Positions 36,600 to 42,879 of a stretch of DNA of 42,879 bases are shown here, in pieces. The DNA is from Macrostomum lignano. Taxonomy: Eukaryota. Where the stretch lies: contig NIVC01004535.1 of NCBI GenBank assembly GCA_002269645.1, forward strand, positions 1 through 42,879, given 5' to 3'. The number at the start of each line of letters is the position of its first letter. Positions within the stretch are counted from its first letter, which is position 1. Below the pieces are notes generated by a model. The model was not told where the DNA came from. It did not search any database and saw nothing but the letters and a program-made list of their open reading frames with translations. The position numbers were made by a program, and so were the translations under genes.

Positions 36600-39500
36600 A
36601 GGGGGGAGGGGGGTTAATTGCAGTGTCATTTTAACTTTATATACACAAACTGCATTCCAAGGTTGTGAGTTTATTGGGCTGATTTTATAGTATTATGTAA
36701 ATTTTGTATTTAGACTATGAAGTTATAGTTTTAAAAAATGACTAGACTTTTACTGAAATTTGTTTAAATTAGATAGAACTATATAAGAATTAAAAATATA
36801 AATAAAATGATTATGCTTGACAATCATCTACTATTTTCAACTTTCAAAGTTAAAATAAATACTTTTATTCTTGTATAATAAAAGAGATCTATTAATGATT
36901 GATGGCCTAAAAATTGTTAGGCCTTATAGCTAGAGCAGAACTCAAAGGCCTTTTCAATATATATAAAAAAGTAAATATAGGCATAAAACTGAAGATATTT
37001 CAACAAGGCTAACCTATATTAAAATGATTTTAAAATAATTCTTTATTATTAATACTAAAAAATAGAGACAAATTGGTAAAGCTAAGATTTACAATTGATT
37101 TTATTATTAAGTATATATATATTTAAATTGTAACAAACAAAGTGAGGGCACTGTGCCATGCCAAAACAAAATCTTATTTAAGTAGGCTTTCACACTGAGT
37201 AAGCATAATCTAGTCCAGTCAAGACAAGGCATTTTCTAGTCAAGAAAAGTCAATATAGGTTAGAAGTATTCAATTTTGTTTTCATGATTCTAACCTGTAT
37301 AATTTTTCTTGACTGGTAATTTAAGTCCTATAATACTTTTTTTGCTTTTGTCCATATACTAAAAATGAAAATAACATACTATTTTCTATTTATGCCTACC
37401 TATAAAAAAGATCTAATTGACTAGCAACAAAGCATTTTCTAGACAATTGCTCAACAAGTGAGTCCAACATTGACAAAGATAAATGTGTAAATCCTAGCAA
37501 AATTCAAAATCAAAATGTTCCATCAGTAAACTTATATTCTATCCTAGGGTTGAGAGCCTTGGTCATAGAAAGCAAACCTAATACTTCAAACAATAAATCA
37601 AAGTAAGATGAAGTGGAAGCTTATGAATCAGAAAGACTTAAGTACAATCATCTGCTAGTAGTTTATCATGTGATTTAGATTTAAGTTCCTTAAGTGTTTC
37701 TAATGATTCAGTGTATCACTTTGATTAGTAACATTTTTACTTCCTACTGTAAGTACTATGCAAATGGTTGACCATTATTTTCATGAAAATGGGTCTTCCA
37801 AAGTGCCACTCTAGATGTCAAGGGTGTCTAAAAATCTATGTAGCACCTATCAACCTTAACCTGTTTATAACAATAATGTGACAAGAGTCAGTAAAAAGTT
37901 GTAGCAAACAACCTCGGCATACAACCTTGGCAGTTGTAGCAAACAAACTTAGCAAAAAAAGTCATCCAAGAATCATTGTGCTGATGCTTAACTTTCTATA
38001 AGTTAATTTATAGAAAGCTACTCATACTAACTTAGTAGCTAGTTAGAGTGCAATTAGAGTTAAATAGGCTAAAGCTATGTCTATTACAGTTTAAGAAACC
38101 CCCTTACTCACTCTTGCAGCTTTAAATGTTGAGACAGGTTTTGTACCAACTGTCATTGGTCAAAGGCTGACATTGGACAGTCTATTAACTGGAATATGGT
38201 TTATACAGTGCAGGGAAGTGTGTTACAGAGAAGATTTTGTGACTTCTATTTGCTTCTTAATAAATTGTCATTCTGTTAGCAATAATTGTAGGTGTCTGAT
38301 ATATTGTGATTTAACATTTGGTGGGTTTTAAAATGTTCTTGTAGACACACTATAGGTGAATATATATATTATTATTGTAGAATATATATATATTGTAGAA
38401 AAGTGAATAGTGTAAAAATGTTTGAATTTTTGTGTGATGTATAGATATAGCATATACCTTAACTCCAGCTTCTGAATGCCTTCAATGTTTGCTTTTGCAT
38501 GTAAAAGACTTTATTTCAAGAGAAATTAAATGCAAACTTAGAAATGAGCCATTTGCTTCAAAATGTTTTATAACTACAGTTAGCCAGTTTGGCAACTGCC
38601 AGCACTTGAGGTGCTTTTTAATCCTGATTGGTTTTACTTTTTTCTTGTGTTGTTCATTTTATCATATGAAGGCTTTGTTGCATGTGTACATCTGATTCTG
38701 CTGCTTGATTTGTCTACACCATTTTAACTAGGGAAGTGAGACAAGTTCCTTAGATGGATTGCAAATAGTTGATAAATAATAGTTGGCTATAGCCTAAATG
38801 GTGGGAGATATGTAATTAGGACAGCAATACTACTGCATAGCTGCTTTTTGCAGCTATAATAGGTACCCATGGATTGACATAATGAGCAAAAGAGGAGGAC
38901 ATGATGGAGGACAAGGCACCTAAGGTTGTGATACCTTATCTGGAGGACTTGCAGGAAGAGTTTAAGGAGCAACAGTAGCTAGTAGTTGAGCAGCTGCAAG
39001 TGAACCTGCATCAGCAGCAGCAATTACTGCAGCCACATAATGTACACAACCCCAGCATGTAGCAGCAGCAAGACAGGCTTGCTGCATTAGACTGGCTGCC
39101 TGGGAGCAACAGCAGCTGTTGGAGCAACAGCAACAGCTACTAGCAGGTGGGCATGCAGAGACAGCAGGTGTTGGAGCTTCAAATGCAGCAACAAGATGCA
39201 ACAGAAGATGATCAAGAGGAAGAGAATAATGATGATGAACTGGGCAAATATTTTTTTAGACTGCCCTTGCTCCTATATTGTTGCAATCCTTCACCATCTC
39301 TGCCTCTTTCCCCACCCCCTCCTACACTAGTGCACATGCCACAGTGGGGTTAAGTAATTACTTGTATATTTAAAACACAATTTGTATGTTTGTCTATCAT
39401 TGAGTGTAGATGTCTGTTTGGGTTGTTCCTACTATATAGTATCCTGTTGAGGTCCTGTTGAGGTTGGTATAGTGTATGTTGTGTAGGCATACATGTATGT

Positions 39501-42500
39501 AGCGACATTGACACTATTATACATTTTTCACCTGCATATTTGACTTATAGTATGGTAAATTAACATGAGTGGTGACATAAATTGGTCTACTTTGTTTAAT
39601 GATGTCCTAACAGCCTCAGCTTTAGCCATCGGGATTCCTAGTTACTACGAAGACAAGGTGAACAACCTGGTTCTCACCCTTGCCCAGCCTTTTTTAAAAA
39701 TGAAGAGCCAGCTCCAAATCCCATTAACTGATCTGCCTTTCTAGATAGCATACTCCAAATATCATGTACTCCAAATATCACAATATACTAAATCATGTAC
39801 TATAAATGAGGAATAACTGCTACATCTATTCATGAGTGTACATGTATATAGATGTATATATGATGCTAGTGGATGCCAGGGTGATATGGTCAGTGTTAGT
39901 ACCACTGGTACTAGGACCACTAGAATAATGTAGATTTAACAGGAATTAAAGCTTTAACAATGCAAGTACATACATAAACGAGCGAGCCCTCAAAAATGTA
40001 CAAAAATTTTGAGTGTTATCTCCTGATTCAACTAAGTTATAGTGGTCCTTGATCCCCACTTTAAGATTGCAAGTATACAGCTGTGTATGCACATTTCTGG
40101 ACTGCATGTGGATTTTTTAATTCTTATGTATTGTTGTCTTAATTATTTTTGTAACTGTTTGAGTCAATATAACTAGTAGTTGTTATACAAACACTGGAAG
40201 TTTAGAGTAGGAGTCTATTTATTTATCACAAAATACTTGTCCAAAAATGTCTATAGCACTATTATAGCTGACAAGGAGGGATTCATGCTTTACTAAGTAG
40301 TATGCTACTAAATCATGGATTTTCATGTTTTAAAGGCCAGTCCCAATTCAGTAATGGACTCTACATTTATAGTTTACCTGCATCATTTGATTGATTCATT
40401 GAATTTTTCACTATAACCACTTTGCAGTGCAATGACTGAGCCAGTTACATGTAGCAACAGTCTGATGCTTGCCACCCTGGAGGCATCTATCAAGGCTAAG
40501 TTACCCAGCTCCGAGGTGCAGAAAGCCTAGGCTGACAGTCTTTGTCTGCCTGCTGACACTGAAGCAGATGTGCAACAAAAGTGAAAGCAAAGGCATTGGA
40601 TCTGGAAAGTTTGAAGGTGCAAGAAAGCTGCTAGCAAGCAGAGTGCCTGGGCCATCTATATGGACAAAGTGTTCGCCTTTCCTGCAGTGGTACTAGTCCC
40701 AGCTGCAAATGTGCCACAGCCGGCTCCTAGCATGCCAACCCAAACTTCTTCTGCTACTGCTGCTGCTTGGTCCCCTGAAGAGGAGTGGGGCACCAATACA
40801 GGCCTTTGAGAAGCTGTATGCTATCTTTTGGCCTAGCTGGAATGGTCAGAGGTGACTATACAAAAGCTGCACAATAAGCTGGCCAAGTGTCCACAGCGAA
40901 AAGTGTGGTTGCAGTATGTCCGGCATCTGAAAGATTGGCTGCATGTAGTTTGACAGCAATTGAGCAGCAAAAGCCGGCAACTGGTAGAGATGAGTGAGGC
41001 CAAGCTAGCCAAGAAACGTCACCAGGCTGCTCGAGTGGAAGCTGCTGCTGAGCGTAGAAATGCCTTGGTGCATGCCGAGCTGCACGAGATGCACGAAATG
41101 CTGGCTACTTTGAAAAGTTGCATAAGTTGCATGAGTAAGATTGTTGTTGACTTGTCACTATGGTGCATTGGATATGGTGCAAGGGTTGGGTGTCAGATTG
41201 GAATGACCGAGATTGGGAAGGATTGTTCTTCAAACATACAGTACTCTAAACACCAAACAGATCCAAAAGCTCCAGGTCATATTCCAAGCTGGCCAGATGC
41301 ATGTACTGCAGACGCAGGAGCTAAGAGCTGCTGGTAGAAAGCAGTATACCAACCATGTCCTTGCCACCTGCACAAATCTGGTGCTAAAGTGCCACATCCC
41401 TGTTTGAGCCATCCGCGACACTATTGTCACTGTCGCCGAGAGCAGCTCTGTAGAGTTGCAGATCAGCGACAAGCTGCCCTTGCTTATCAGCTTGGTCACA
41501 TACGGTGTTGGCAGCAGCCTTGCCAAGGCGAAGGCCATGGAGAGCATCCTGCTTGCATCAGAGACAAACAACCTTTGACACTGATGACTGATGCTACAAG
41601 CAAATGGGGCAACCATTAGAGTGTTCTGCAGGTAGAAAAGAGAAGACACAGGGTGATCACCTGCCAGGTGGTGCGCTGCACAATCTGCCAGACAACAATT
41701 CCCATTTGGCTGCTGCTGCTCCAAGGACAATGTGGCATATGAGGTATCTTTTGCAGTACTGGACAGTACTGTAAGGTTGAAGCCCAACATGTGGCCCCAG
41801 CTCACGAGACGTTCATGCTTTTTAACCAGAATGGAACAAGCAAGTGGCTTTGCCAGAAGTCACTGGAAGAGCAGGACCAATGCTATTGTGAGCACATCAT
41901 ATCACAAAGAAGGTGGAGATGCAGGCCAAGGTGGATCCCAGGGCTGTTTGAGCTGCATAGCAGCAGGCTTGAATTGCTCAGAATCAGTTCAGAAAGATTG
42001 CCAGGGAGAGTTTGCTCCGCGACCTGATCAATGTGGTGCAGGACTACGGTGGCCTATGGCTCACAGTTGCTGAGATGCAGAACAGGCTTTTGGCCCTGTC
42101 TGAGCGGCTGCATGAGCCAGCTGTGCTCTCCCAACTGCAACTACACAAGGCAATAGGTAATATATACAATATTCATTACTGCCTGTGCTCATGCATATCC
42201 CACTTTTAGGATTAATTGTCATCACTGAATATGCATTCCCTACTAACACCCTTCTTAAACAGAGCCAACAATCCCCAATGACATGGCAGGCTGCCTTAAC
42301 CTTATAGATTCTGGCACGAAAAGGTCAGTGCAACTCCTCACTGACAACCTGCAAGAATTCCTGGCCTATCTGCAGGGGAAAAACTGCCATAGCCAAGGAG
42401 GATGACTCGTAGGCTGTGTCGGTACAATCTGCCAACGAGCATGCGACCGTGTTAAGGTAGCCATTGCAAAGAAGCTGGAGCCTGCACAAACAGCCTTATC

Positions 42501-42879
42501 TATAGCTGCCAGATTGCATAAGCATGGGATAAGGCATGGTTGTGGCCAAGGCAGCGCAGGCAATAGAGCTCAGGCTCAGGGCACTAGCAAAGGCAGACAT
42601 GGAGAAGACAGGGAACTACTAGGCGAGGACATGGCTTAGGCATGGGCGTGCATGCGGGTATCCATGCAAGTACCAAGCGCCCTCATAACTTGACTTCCAA
42701 GTCCGAGCAGGAGTTTTGATACCAAGCCCAAGGCCCAACCCAGACAGGCACCATCGCTTTAGAACTTATTAGTCTTTGAGTGTTGACACATTGAAATGCA
42801 ATTTGGCTATGCTGATGGTTCTGAGCAATAGAAGGAAGGCTACGTTCAGTGTCAACTGCATGCGCCAGCCATGATGTAT
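36600..42879. mobile_element. CpG-depleted, degenerate block probably derived from one or more old transposable elements; termini not identified
   Basis: Near absence of CG, a degenerate Gln-rich coding-like segment at ~38900-39240, and the transposase relic at 40950-42380. No TIR or TSD found. Confidence 0.45.
40950..42380 (+). pseudogene. Decayed, internally deleted DDE-type (hAT-like) DNA transposase relic
   Basis: Pieces in shifting frames with many stops: TLMTDATSKWGNH* (41578-41619, first catalytic-Asp-like motif), DHLPGG (41655-41672), NVAYEVSFAVLD..LKPN (41729-41790, resembling the hAT C-terminal ER.F motif), ETFMLFNQNGTSKWL, YGGLW (42045-42059). The motif order matches an uncharacterised invertebrate transposase-like family as I recall it; the superfamily assignment is inference. 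Confidence 0.55.

Noticed and set aside
40430-42400. Stop-codon recoding or selenocysteine in the many interrupted ORFs
   Set aside because: Stops of all three types co-occur with frameshifts and CpG loss, which is mutational decay. No SECIS-like context was seen.

Overview
Eukaryotic (invertebrate metazoan) genomic DNA with spliceosomal introns. The compact GC-rich exons and satellite-filled introns would fit a free-living flatworm such as Macrostomum, but the taxon is only a weak inference. I reconstructed five intron-containing genes by hand from splice sites and codon phase. (1) The 3' part of a twitchin/projectin (unc-22-type) giant muscle kinase, + strand, <1-7392. (2) A type I membrane C-type-lectin-domain protein, +, 10569-12032. 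(3) A complete 9-exon SLC7/LAT amino-acid transporter light chain, +, 14326-21216. (4) A TM-NIT-TM guanylyl cyclase (NIT-GC), +, 22150-29271 or 29475. (5) The splicing factor PRPF38B, - strand, 31617-~36597. A small antisense mucin-like membrane ORF is nested in a twitchin intron. The window also holds two copies of a tRNA-derived CORE-SINE, about 18 micro/minisatellite arrays (nearly every large intron of genes 3-5 has its own), and a right-hand block from ~36.6 kb that is almost devoid of CpG and carries a decayed, internally deleted DDE-type transposase. The most interesting items are the NIT-GC with altered ligand and triphosphate motifs, the sharp CpG desert, intronic minisatellites built from splice signals, and the nested gene. 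Several small frameshifts in conserved genes are most likely assembly indels. All counts are by eye and no database searches were run.
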